A DNA stretch of 64,000 nt from NCBI GenBank assembly GCA_964019425.1, contig OZ025800.1, forward strand, positions 1,054,001 to 1,118,000, given 5' to 3'. Shown here one piece after another: positions 1-11,269 of the stretch (positions within the stretch are counted from its first letter, which is position 1; every line of letters begins with the position of its first letter). Below the pieces are notes generated by a model that was not told where the DNA came from, searched no databases, and saw only the letters and a list, made by a program, of their open reading frames with translations. The translations under genes were made by a program, and so were the position numbers. This stretch comes from Flectonema sp. DT1601. Taxonomy: Eukaryota.

Positions 1-1270
1 CCCAGTGCTCCCCCACCCACCGCGACTTTTTGCTGCTTTTTGCTATACTCACGTATGTGTTGATTTTGCAAGTTCTTTTTTTTTTTTTTTTCGTTTTCGA
101 TATGACTAGGCACACACTGAATTGCCCAATCTCTTTCAACGTTTGTGCAAACGTCTCTTTTAGAAGTGGTGGTGGTTTGACATTGGGTTAAACCGAAAGA
201 AAAGACAAAAAAAAAAAAAAAAAAAAAAAAAAGATTTTTTTTTTTTCCCTTTCATCTTTTTATAAAGAATAGAAATAGAAAACAAGAATTAAGAAGAAAA
301 AAAAAAAAAAAAAAATGAGGCATTCGGCCAACTTTCCACACCCATGCAACCATCAAGACTCACAGTTCACCTACACGTGGATGTAGCAGCTGGGGTTGCT
401 TGTATCTATTTTGGCAGTGAGTAATGGCTGTTGTAACATTGTATAAATAAAAGAACCTGAAATATCTACTCGTCCCTGAAAGTCTTCCGAGCAGAAAAAA
501 TTGGTCGGAAGGTCTATGATATCACATGGATTCAAAAAAAAAAAAAAAAAAAAAAATTCCAAAATATTTCAAAATTCAAATATCAATATTTCAAAGATTT
601 AGAAAAAAATAAAATAAAAAACCAAATAAAGGAAAGGTTTATATGCTTTCTGATTTTAGGTAACAATCAACGTAACCAATTTTTTAATAATTAAAAAAAA
701 AAAAAGAAGGAAAAACCAAACATAATTTTTCGTGTGCTAGGTTCTGAGAGCCTGACAGCCCGTTCCTCTTTTATTCAACATCATCTCCGTATATTTTTTT
801 TTTTTTTTTTTTTAAAATTCTGTTTATGCTATTCTATTTTCTTTTTTTTCCCCCTTTTTCAAATAGGTTCGTCAGTGCTTCTCAGTCTTTTTTATAATAT
901 CATTCCTTTTTTTTTTTTTTTTTTTTCCCTTTACATTCCTTGAGACTTCACGAAAAAAAAAAAAATAAATAAATAAAATGAAATAAAATAAAATAAAATA
1001 ATTTTCTTACTAATGCCTCATTTTCCTGCCCTTCTTTTTTCTTCTTCATCTCGGTGGGTCCAGCCGGGCTGTTTTCTTCCTCAACTTACCCTCTTATTTT
1101 TGAGGCCCGCTGTAGTGATTAGCAACCTGGGTAGGTTGCCTCGATTGGGGGAGGAAAGGGAAGCCCTCAAAAAAATAAAATAAAATAAAATAACAATTAA
1201 ACCAAAAACTCCTTCATTTTTTATCCCCCTTTTGTGAATTATTTCTTTTCTTTTTTTTTTTTTTTTTTTT

Positions 1271-1302
1271 TCCATCTCGAAAACATGTTTTTACGAGCGA
1301 AA
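1271..1302. repeat. Dispersed repeat family A, copy 1 (hairpin next to a poly-T run)
   Basis: TCCATCTCGAAAACATGTTTTTACGAGCGAAA matches 59065-59096 at 29/32 positions. Both copies directly follow a long T run, and weaker similarity (GTTGCGCA) continues downstream. Confidence 0.7.
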
Positions 1303-3498
1303 AAAAAAGAAAATTATGGCAACGTTTTGTTTTTTTAGTTGCGCACACACAAAAAAAAAAAAAAAAAAAAGCGTGAGTTATCATTCAATGAAGTTTAAAT
1401 TCTTTTTCTAAATTAGGGGTAGCCTTCTCAATTTCATTTTTTTTTTAAAATTTTTTTTTAAAAAAACTAGTTGTGGTTTATACTAGTTTACTCATTTCTT
1501 TTCCACTTTCTTTTTTCCCCCTTCTCTTTTAAAATTACTATTTCTTTTAAAAAGGATTAGGTAAAAGGATCGTGGTTCAATGTTAGTAAATTCATCCCAT
1601 GTAGTATTCTCTCCTTTTATTATTTTTTTTTTTTTATTTGTTTTTAATTTTAAAAAAAAAAAAAAAAAAAAAAAAGGAAAGAGTAAGATTAAAGTTCTTT
1701 TTTTCCTGATTTTCCCCCTCCTCAATCTTCCTTTTCTTTTTTTTTTTTTTTTTGGTCATTTTAAAAATCAGCAGAATTATCTTTTTTTTTTTTTCCCCCA
1801 TTCTTTTTTCCTCCGAAGAAGGTCCGCGTTTTCTTCTCTCTCAAATCTGTCTTTCCGATCTCCTTTTTGCTCTTCCTTTGTGATGAGGATAAGTAATACT
1901 GATTTTCTATGAGTTATTGAACAAGAAAATAACAACTTGAAAAGTATTATATGAATCTCTTTATTCACTCATTCAACTTCCCTCCTTTTTTGTTGTGTGA
2001 TTTTTTTGTTGGTCCAATTTGTGAGTTTTTTCCCCCCTCAAAGTATCACCTTTTTCTGATTCTAATTAATCTAGTCGAACACAACAACAAAAAAAAAAAA
2101 GAAATTCATTTATTTTTATATATAATGACGTAATAAAACAACAACAGATTACTAACCAAACACATTGTAAGATGGTATTGCCCTGGTTTATAAAAAAATA
2201 AGTTACCAGGTCCTTTCCATGATTTCTTCTTGTTCCTTTTTTTTTTTCCCTTTTTAGATTGAGAGAACTAAATCTCTGCATAACTTTATTATCAATAACC
2301 CTGCTGCACAGAAGAATGCGGATTTTTTCAGGGCAGTTGTCTCTTTATTTTTTGGGACGAATCTCCCACCCCGAGGGATGAGCTGTATTTGCAACTCTTT
2401 TTTATAAAATCACTGGATAAAAAAAGTTGTGTGTTTTTTTTTATATATATTTTTTTTAAATATAATTTTTGATAATAATTCTTTATTTATCACAGCGGTT
2501 GTCCCTTCCTTTTCTTTGTTAATCAAGAGGGACAGGGGGGAGCAAAAAAAAAAAAAAAAAAGAAAGTTTCGCACATGCTTTCACAGTCAGTTTTTTTCCT
2601 CTGACTTATTATTTTTTCTGCGTAGTAATTCATCTGTGGAACTAGTTTTTATTCGTCTTCCTAGTGCTCCTGTTTAAAACGGGCCCAGCTACAGTTTTTC
2701 GGAAATGTCCTAGCTGACATATGCCGTACTGAAAAAAAAGAAAAAAAAAAGAATTCATTCTCGACTTTCCTTAAAAAAAAAGCAATATTGCAGGTGTGGT
2801 AAGAAACTTCGCTTTTTTTTTTATCTGTTTTTCCACTTTTGTTGAACTTTGTTTCTGCGACCCTTTAAAAAAAATTATTATTATTTTCCTTTAAATAATA
2901 GCGATTGAGGCTTGCATTTTTTTCTCAGAGGCCGCTTGTAATGAGAGAAATCTGAGCTGAGATAAAAAAAACCTCGAAGGATACAATGTCACAATCTCTT
3001 TGGCCTTTTTTTCTTTTATGTAATCTATGTTATAAATACAAAGAAAACCTCGATCATTGTGGCCAAGAAGAGCTTTATATCCAACAGGAAAAAAAGTATA
3101 GTCTTTTTTTTTTTTCCTTTTTTTTTTTCTCCACCGAACTACGGAACTGGAACACCCCTCATTTCGAGTAACTGTGTCTCAGAGATAGAAAACAAAAAAA
3201 GATTGACTTCATCCGCTGTCCAACGGCATAGAAAATATCTGGAGTTGCGACCAACTTACTTGTGATGCGTAGTGGACATCGATGCTTAGTTGTCAATCGA
3301 ACAAAGCACGCAGAATGCACCCCTGCTTGTTGTTTTCTTTACGAAGAGAAAAAAAATGCTTCTATGAAGGGAAAAAAAAAAAAAAAAAGAAAATAAATAA
3401 ATAAGAAAGTTACCTTGTATTCCTCCAACTAATTATCAGGTTACTCTTGCTTTGGAGTCCCAAGAAGAAGAAAAAAAAAAAAAACAGATGGGTGTTTG

Positions 3499-3529
<31 letters not shown>

Positions 3530-5833
3530 ATCAAATTTGTCTGCTAATGTGTGTATTATTATAATCGTTTTTGGGAAAAAGCAATTTTTACCTACCTGGG
3601 ATTGGTTGTTGAACCATAAAAAAAAAAAAAAAAAATTAAAAAAAAAAACTGCTGGTAAAAAGTGTAAAATAGTTTTTGCCGTAAATCCTCCTTTTGAGTA
3701 CACTTTACTGATTCTTCTATCGAATCTTTTTTTTTTATAAGACACTTCAGAAAAAGTATTAATTTAACATCCACATGTCAACTCATTAAGGTGTAGGAAA
3801 AACACTTGTAAATAAAACTAGGGAAAAAAAAACCTGAGCATTCCCAATTTTCTTTTTATATATCCTCGGCCGTACGTAAGTAAAGTAATAAAAACAACAG
3901 TAATAATAATAATTTATTTATTTATTCCTTCTTAAACGTCCCTTTAATTTATTTTATTTTGAATTATTGTTGTTGTCGATGTGTTCAGTTGACTTGGATT
4001 GCATTCCAATCCGTTTCCATTGATGCTTTATGCTCTTACTCTTCGTATAGTCTTAACGATTTGCAATAGCAATATCGATGGAGGGTGGGCTAAGTTTATA
4101 TCAGTCGTGTATTTTGTGCTGTTTTTTTTTTTTTTTTTTTTTTTTTTTCCACACACATCTTGAATAGACAAAAAGTATATACGCCCGAGTGTTGCACTCG
4201 AAGGCTGCTTGTGTATTTTTTTCTTTGTCATTTTAATAATTTTTCTTTTTTTTTAAAAAAATAAATTGCATGCTTCGATCAAGACTTGCAAACCTCCTTT
4301 GGCTTGTATCAGCCAAGTCGGTTCACGGTTTCGTGCAAAGCATATTTAGCTGCAATTTAAGTGAAGGTATTTATTTTTTTTTCCGAATCTTAAATACGTG
4401 TTTTACCGCCAGCGCTTTACGTCAACTTTTTTTTTGATTTTAACGAGTTGTTTTCGATAGTATACGAACAAGAAAAAAAAAAAAAAAAAAATAAAATAAA
4501 AAACTCTAATAAACAAAGAGAGTTAAGAAGTTTTTTTTTTTTTTGTTCTTTAAAAAGTCCCAAGAAATGATAAAACTCGGGATATGAGATATGCAAACCG
4601 CTTTTTATCATTTTAGTTTTTTTTCTTCTTTTTTTCCTCTTTTTTTTTTTCATTCTCCCCTTCATGGGGGTCATTACTGTAGTCGCTGTGTCCTTAGTCA
4701 AGTTATCTTTCTTGTTATTATGGTAACATACAGCTATAAATTAGTCAATAATTTCCAACGTTCTTAATGAAGTCAATCATATTTTAAGATTGTTTTTGTC
4801 ATGTTTTGGTGTAGCAAAAAAAAAAAAAAAAAAAAAAAAAAGACCTTTTTTGGTCTTTTTTTGTTATCGTTGTTTAATAGTAAGAAAATCTCCTGTTACT
4901 GTATTAGCTTTTTTTTTAAAAAAATTTTTTTCTTGCCTGTAGTGTTTTTTTTTTTTTTTTAAAATTCGTCTAACTTCTGTGAGTTAAATCTCTAACTTTT
5001 TTTTTTTTTTTTTTTTTTCTTAAAATTACACATTTAAGTTAGTACGCAGTCATGCATCATATCTTTTCGGCACTTTTGCTGATAAGTTGTTCTCCAGATT
5101 CTTTTTTTTCCCCTTCAAAGTTCAAAAATAATTAAAAAAAAAAAAAAAAAAGAATATTTTTCAGAAAAGGGTTGAATTACATCACTCGACACAAAAAAAA
5201 ACAATATACACACGAGACTTACATCAAGCAACCCGTTCTGTGTCAATGAAAATGACACGGAGATTGCTGTCGTTGCAAGTTATTTTTTGGTTTTCTAAAA
5301 TAACTGTCTTCCTTGTAACGTATATATTGGTTGCTGTATTATAATAATAAAAAAAAAAACTTAAAAAAAAAAAACAAGTTAGGTTTAATAATTAAAGTTT
5401 ATCGGCAAGAGAAGTCCTACTTCACCTTCCTTTCTTAAATGACGCAAAGGTGATATACAACCTCTCTCTTTACTACTAACTGAGTTATGGATGCATATGT
5501 GCTGTTATATAGAGCTCCACATTCATTTCTTGAATAGCGATAGGCGCCTTCCTTTTTCACGCAAAATTTCTCCCTTCCCAACCCCACAAAACTTTTTGTC
5601 ATGCTTCTCAGTTTTACTTTCTTTACTTATCTTGAGTACTGTTTTAAGTTCATCAGTGCTGAGAAAAATGGAGGAACTTTAGTTGTTTCGGTATGTGCTT
5701 GTTTCCTTTCCCCTTCAAAAAAAAACCCTTCTCGGAGTCAATAAAAGTGAAGCATATTCGCCAAAATATTGACTTGTGTTACTCCTATTCGGTTTAATCG
5801 GAATTTGACTTTTAAATGAACTTTTCCCCAGCC

Positions 5834-5922
5834 CTTTTCATTGCAACCAGGTTTAGCCGAACCCTATATTCGTTTTAGCTGGTTTCAAGTTGCTTTATAT
5901 TTAATCATAGTATCAAGTTACC
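5834..5922. repeat. Dispersed repeat family B, copy 1 (89 bp)
   Basis: Ungapped match to 59458-59546 at 84/89 positions (CTTTTCATTGCAACCAGGTTT...TATCAAGTTACC), same orientation. Confidence 0.9.
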
Positions 5923-6519
5923 GCCCTGTTGTGTCTGAACTGACTACAGATGGAGTGTATCGAACGCAAACCAGAATAGTGAGGAATATGCAAAAAAAAA
6001 AAAAAAAATTGTGAAGTTTTTTTTTTTTTTTTTTCAATTGTTGTATTTTTTTCTTACTTCTTTTTTACTTACATCATTTATGTATTAAATCTTTTTTATT
6101 ATTAAATCTATATAAAAGGTTGTAGTCGATATGAGAGTCGTCTATCGTCCGTTACATTACAAAAAGTGCAGAATCCTTACAAGGAGTTGCCTTACTCCCT
6201 GGGCTTGGCAAGAGTTGAAAATCCTTGGATCTATTACCTGATGTGTGAATCCTGTTTTTCCTTTTCCCTTCTCATTCTTTTCCTTCATCATTGTTTCATC
6301 TTTATGTGTGTTTTGTCATACCTTTAGCTTTTGCGGCTTCACATTCTTTTTTTTTTTTTTTTTTTGGCCGTTTAATTCTTTTTCTTCCGGATTTTGTCTT
6401 CTCTTCTGCGCTTTAGGCGCCAAGGCAAGTCTCGTGAATGGTCGCTCGGTTTCTCCTAGTTACCTAGTCCGAAGCAGTCATACACACAAAATAATGAATG
6501 CTATCCTGAATTTTTTATA

Positions 6520-8185
6520 TATTAGTCATTCCAAAAATAACCGGCCGCGAAAACCAGTTTTGCTTCGAGCAGCCATTGGTCAAAAATGCATCCATTTTCG
6601 AGATTTTTTACGAGGTGGAAAGGTTCGGCCCCAATCTCTGATTTTACGCGGTGGGATTATTTTTTTTTCACTTTTTTTACTGACCGTTAGAACCCGACAG
6701 GTGCGTTATGGGTACTAAGAGAATGTCACTGTCGGCATGGAAAAGTTAATCCTGTTGCTGCATTTAATTTTTTTCTGGAAAAAAAAGGGAAATGCATCAG
6801 AGATTGGCATTTTTTCTCGTAACTACACTTATTATTCCCTTAAGCACCAGCTTAAACTTCTCTCAATGAAGTGTCACACGTGCCACGAGATGCCAGCTGA
6901 GTGCTCCTCAGACAACTACAACTGCACCTCGCACACTAACGCGAAAAGACGGAATCCGAAGTTCAACAAGCTTCTTGAGCCACTTCGCGGTAGTCTTGAA
7001 ATCCCGGCGTATGCTCCTCTGCGCTCAATCTGCAACGCTTGCTACTAGCGAGCAAAAAGGCTGACTAGTGATCCGCATTACGCATCCGTCAGTATCCCTG
7101 CAGAGCCGATCAATCCGGAACCGCTCTCAGATATTTTTGAACGCGTGAAAGAATCAGTTCCTGCTGTCCGTTCTCAGTTTTTGAGACTCTGTCTCACGCT
7201 AGGCTACACTGATAGCCAGATTAATGCCCATGTCAGGGATTCTTCAATGCGTAAGCAGCTACAGAGGCTGGAACAGCACGATCCCTCCCAATCAGTAAAG
7301 CAGCGCAGCCAAGACAGAGATATCTGGAACTTCTGGATTTCCAATGCACGCCCTGAGTCAAACCGCGTGGTCCTCAGCAAAGACTACATAACCGGCGAGA
7401 CAAGTAAAGAAACAGTCCTCTATGTAAGAGAACCATACCTTGCCTTGTGGAGTGCCTTCTGCAGAACTCACACAGCTATCTCATATCCTCAGTTTTGTGA
7501 CAAAAGGCCTGCTCATGTCAAATCTTGTCCGAATAACCCTCGATGCCGTTGCAGGTGGCACATGCAAATTGCACTTATCCTTCCTGCTTATATAAGACTT
7601 GTGGGCCTGAGAAGATTTCAGCTAACCCGCTTGAGTGACCACCTACCACTCATACTATGTCGAGACCCGTCTTACAACTGCTTCTTTGGCCACTGAATCT
7701 AGTTCTAGTTCCAGTTTCAGATCGCTGCGTTCAACTAGTTCTATTATCGGTTCATTGCCGGTAGGAAAACGAAGAAAGCCAGCAGTAAAAGTTGCCAAAA
7801 GAGCTAAGCCTAATCAAAAATAAAAATAGGCTAAGTGTAGTGTAAGATGTACAAGGTACTGTTTTGCTTCGAGCAGCCTTTGTAACTGTTTCAGAGTAAA
7901 ACATCCGACCAGGTACGGCCGGATATAGAACCATATACCGATCTTTCATTTTAGCACCCGGGGCAGCCGATTAGACATCAACAGTTCCATTATTCAAAAT
8001 TTTCACCACACAAAAATGTCACAATTTTTTTGAATTTTAGCTGCATTTTTTTGAATCGCAGCGGGAATGAAATCAGCGGTGCAAAAGCGATTAAAATGGG
8101 TATTCGGTTTTAAGTTTTACTCCCTATTTTCACCTATGAAATACTGGAACCCTAAAATGGACGGTTATTTTTGGAATGACTAATA
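6520..8185 (+). mobile_element. Non-autonomous (internally deleted) cut-and-paste DNA transposon with 24-bp perfect terminal inverted repeats and a TA (or TATA) target-site duplication
   Basis: Left end TATTAGTCATTCCAAAAATAACCG (6520-6543) is the exact reverse complement of CGGTTATTTTTGGAATGACTAATA (8162-8185). TA flanks both sides (6518-6519, 8186-8187); alternatively the TSD is TATA and the element is 6522-8183. The interior is GC-richer than the flanks, nearly free of long homopolymer runs, and carries a disrupted ORF. Confidence 0.9.
6866..7823 (+). pseudogene. Disrupted transposase-like ORF (N-terminal Cys/His region retained, catalytic core apparently deleted)
   Basis: ATG at 6866 (MKCHTCHEM). 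Track ORFs 6737-7048 and 7145-7696 are in the same frame, separated only by one TAG (7046-7048), and 7049-7144 is open. Motifs CxxC...CxxC and ISYPQFCDKRPAHVK...CRCRWH...LC...C are present. The frame ends at 7696; a Ser-rich then basic NLS-like tail (GKRRKPAVKVAKRAK) follows in another frame to 7823. It lies between the TIRs. Confidence 0.7.
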
Positions 8186-11100
8186 TAGTTTTTTTTTTTT
8201 AATGACTTTTGTTGGCAAAATGCTTTCGATCTTTCCTCATTATTTTATTCCTCATTTTCACTTATGATTGGAGTTGACAAGCACCAAGATGGAGCGAGTA
8301 GGAATAGAGGTTGTGATTGAATGCTGGAACTAACTGGTTATTTTCTTTTTAAAGATTTTTCCTTTTCCCCCTCCACCACCAACCCCCTTACTTTAGCTAA
8401 TAATTCGTGTTACTGTGGTGTAATGCACAAGTGTGTTGTACATGACCTCCCGAAGAAAGTATGGGAGTTGTGAAAAAGAAAATTATTATCTTTGTCTTGA
8501 GTAAGGGTTGAGTTCTCTTTTTAGTCTTGTTGATTTCCTTCTCTATTTTACTCATGCGACGGATTAATATTTACAATAGTCCTTATATAAAATAAGTGAA
8601 GGGACATGGATCTGTAATTATCTAGCGTTTACTTTTTTAATTTGTTTATTGCCAATTCATTTTTTTTTTTTTTTTTTTTTCCCCTCCATAAAAAATCTCC
8701 TACACGCCGCAATCCCCCTCACCTTTTTGAGAAAGTATTTCTGGTGTTTTCCATCTGAAAAAAGGTCGAACCTGCTGGGTACGACTGCAAAAAGTACTTT
8801 TGTCAAGAAAAATTACATCGTATCGCAAAATTTAATTTTTGCAGGTAGGTCTGTGTGCTATCTTCTGCCACAATCGGAAAAAAAAAATGAAAAGAAATTT
8901 TTTTTAAATATGTTATTGTTTGCATTTTTTTAATTCTCGGGAAGGAAATCAAAAAAAAAAAAAAAAGAAATTTAAAAAAAAAAAAAAAAAAATAAATGTT
9001 TTCAGTTGCTTTTCTTTCGGTTAACATTAGTGTGACCTGTTCATGTTGTTAGCGATAATCAGTAAAACTGCTTTTTTTTTTTTTTTTTTTTTTTTTTGTG
9101 TTTTTTTTTTGTGAATGTGGAAACAAACTCCTCACAGGATGACTGTATCCTCTGAGAGCGTCTGTTGGCAAACGCTCACGAAAGATATTGCTATTTTTTG
9201 ACTGTTCCCCATTTCAAAAAAAACTTAGTTTCTTTGTTGCCTTCCTGCGTGAATCTAGTTATCTTCCCACAAAGGTCTTATAAAAGGAACCTAATTAATT
9301 TATCGTAGTTTATTTTCCTTTGTTATCCTTTATGGCAATCTCAAATTATGTATCTATATTTATACGGCTAATTCTTTTTTCAGAGCTCTTTCCGACCACA
9401 GGATGAAGAGCGGGGCAGCATTTAAAATAATCAGTCCGCGAAGAATGAAAAAAAATTATTTGCTTGTATTTTATTGTCTCGAACTTACGGAAAAAATTGA
9501 AAAAAACAAAAAAACAAAAAAAAAAGAAGAAAAAGAAAACACTTCATTGGATTTAAATAGAAGCTTCTTCTCTCTGGGATAAGCCACCTTTGCAATGAGT
9601 ACACCTCCGCTTGTGCACACCATTGGTGTTCTCTTTGGCCTGCTTTTGCAGGCCTCTGGCCGATAGACACTCCCTTCCCAATTTTTGTTATAATCAGGTA
9701 AGTATATGTGTCCTTTTTTTCTGGACTTCTGAGAAGGAAAAAAAAAAAAAAAAAAAAAAAAGAATTAGTAAAAAGAAACCCAATGACACAATCCTTGGTG
9801 TTAATTGTGAAAAAAAAAAAAAAAAAATCTTTTTTTCTTTTGGGTTTTTTAAACCAAGCTTCGGGTGATTCTATCCAACTTCCATCCCTTTTTGGGTTTG
9901 CTTATTTTTGTCTTTTTTCCCCTGTTTCTTCTCGAAGAAGCATCTTTACAAGCGAATCCTATTTAGGCTTGAAAATAACATTACGAAAAATGCGAACTCG
10001 TCGGCCAAAAAAGTTTGGTGTGTTTTTTATTTATTTTTTATTTTTATATTCACGCCCTTGTTTTATTATTATGCCGAAAAATATCTCATTGTGTCGAGTG
10101 GACGGACAACAAACTGAATTAGTGTTCTCATTACTGATTTATGTATGTTGCTGCCGGTTCAATTTTTTTAATTAGTTTCCTTTCCCCCCTTTTTTTTTTA
10201 AATTTATAAAACCTAACAGTGATTAATGTGAACTAAACAGGCAAGTTTTATTTGTGTCGTATCTCGCTCCTTTTCTACTTACTCGCTTTTCTTGAACAGA
10301 CAAAGGCTGGAAAAGCGGTTACGTTGTACCCTTTCGGCTGAGCCCATCTGGTTTTTTATAATAAGTATTCTGACCACGCAGATGGTCTGTTTGGGTTGTC
10401 TACTTAGACATTGTGAGGCCACTATTTTGATATATCCATGCTTTTGAAAAAGAGTATTACTACCGCTTATTTATTTCTCATTTCTTTTCACCCCTCCTTA
10501 TTAAGACTCTATGCATGTACATTGTTAGGACCTCTTGTTCTTGTCTTCTCTTGCTCTTTTTTTTCTTCTTTCTTTCGCGGACCTTCTTCATTTTGTTTTC
10601 TTCTTCCAACCCTCAGAAATTCCCCCCTCCTCCTCTTCCTCTTTTTTCTTTTCCCCTCCCAACTATCCAACAGTGATATCATTTTTGCTGTTGCCTCGTA
10701 GCTCTATTGGAGTTAGCCTGATGCTCCTTAGTTTGCTGTATCAGTGATCGACAATATGTAATGTCATGAGCTTCTTTAGTTATCTACCTGCCACAATTAC
10801 TTTTTCAAGGTACAGTTTGTTTGCTGTTGTTAATTGGCAAATAATGAAGTATTTTTCTCCCCTTTTTTTTTCTTTCTTATTTATTTTCTTTTAATGCAAC
10901 CGGTTCTCTTTTTTTTTATTATCTTCTTTATATATTCATTCTGGCCAGACAAAAGTGCATACCCTGCAGCTACTACGTTTCCACTGGTGTTATGGGAAGG
11001 CAGAACAAATGATCTTTTTTTTTTTTTTTTTTTTTAATATTTAAAATTTAAATTAACAAAACTCAGATGCCTATTTGTCGAATAGAAGAAAAAATAAATC

Positions 11101-11221
11101 ATGCAGCGAGCAGCAGCAAGTATTGGTTTCTGCCGTTGAACTTGATTTTCATTCTCTTCCCACAGATGATGCTCTCTACGTCAAAGTATTATGTATATTT
11201 TATTCATTTCCCCCTTTCGAA

Positions 11222-11269
11222 ACAATACATTTGTATTTTACGTACAAAATCAAACAGTTAACCCCCCTT
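11222..11269. repeat. Dispersed repeat family C fragment
   Basis: ACAATACATTTGTATTTTACGTACAAAATCAAACAGTTAACCCCCC closely matches 13242-13294 and, in part, 18890-18914. Confidence 0.75.

Noticed and set aside
2687..2698. AGCTACAGTTT, resembling part of a euglenozoan spliced leader
   Set aside because: The match is too short, and the rest of the leader and the donor site are missing.
7046..7048. In-frame TAG as evidence of stop-codon reassignment
   Set aside because: Host genes end in TAA, TAG and TGA and have no internal stops, so this is a nonsense mutation in a dead element.
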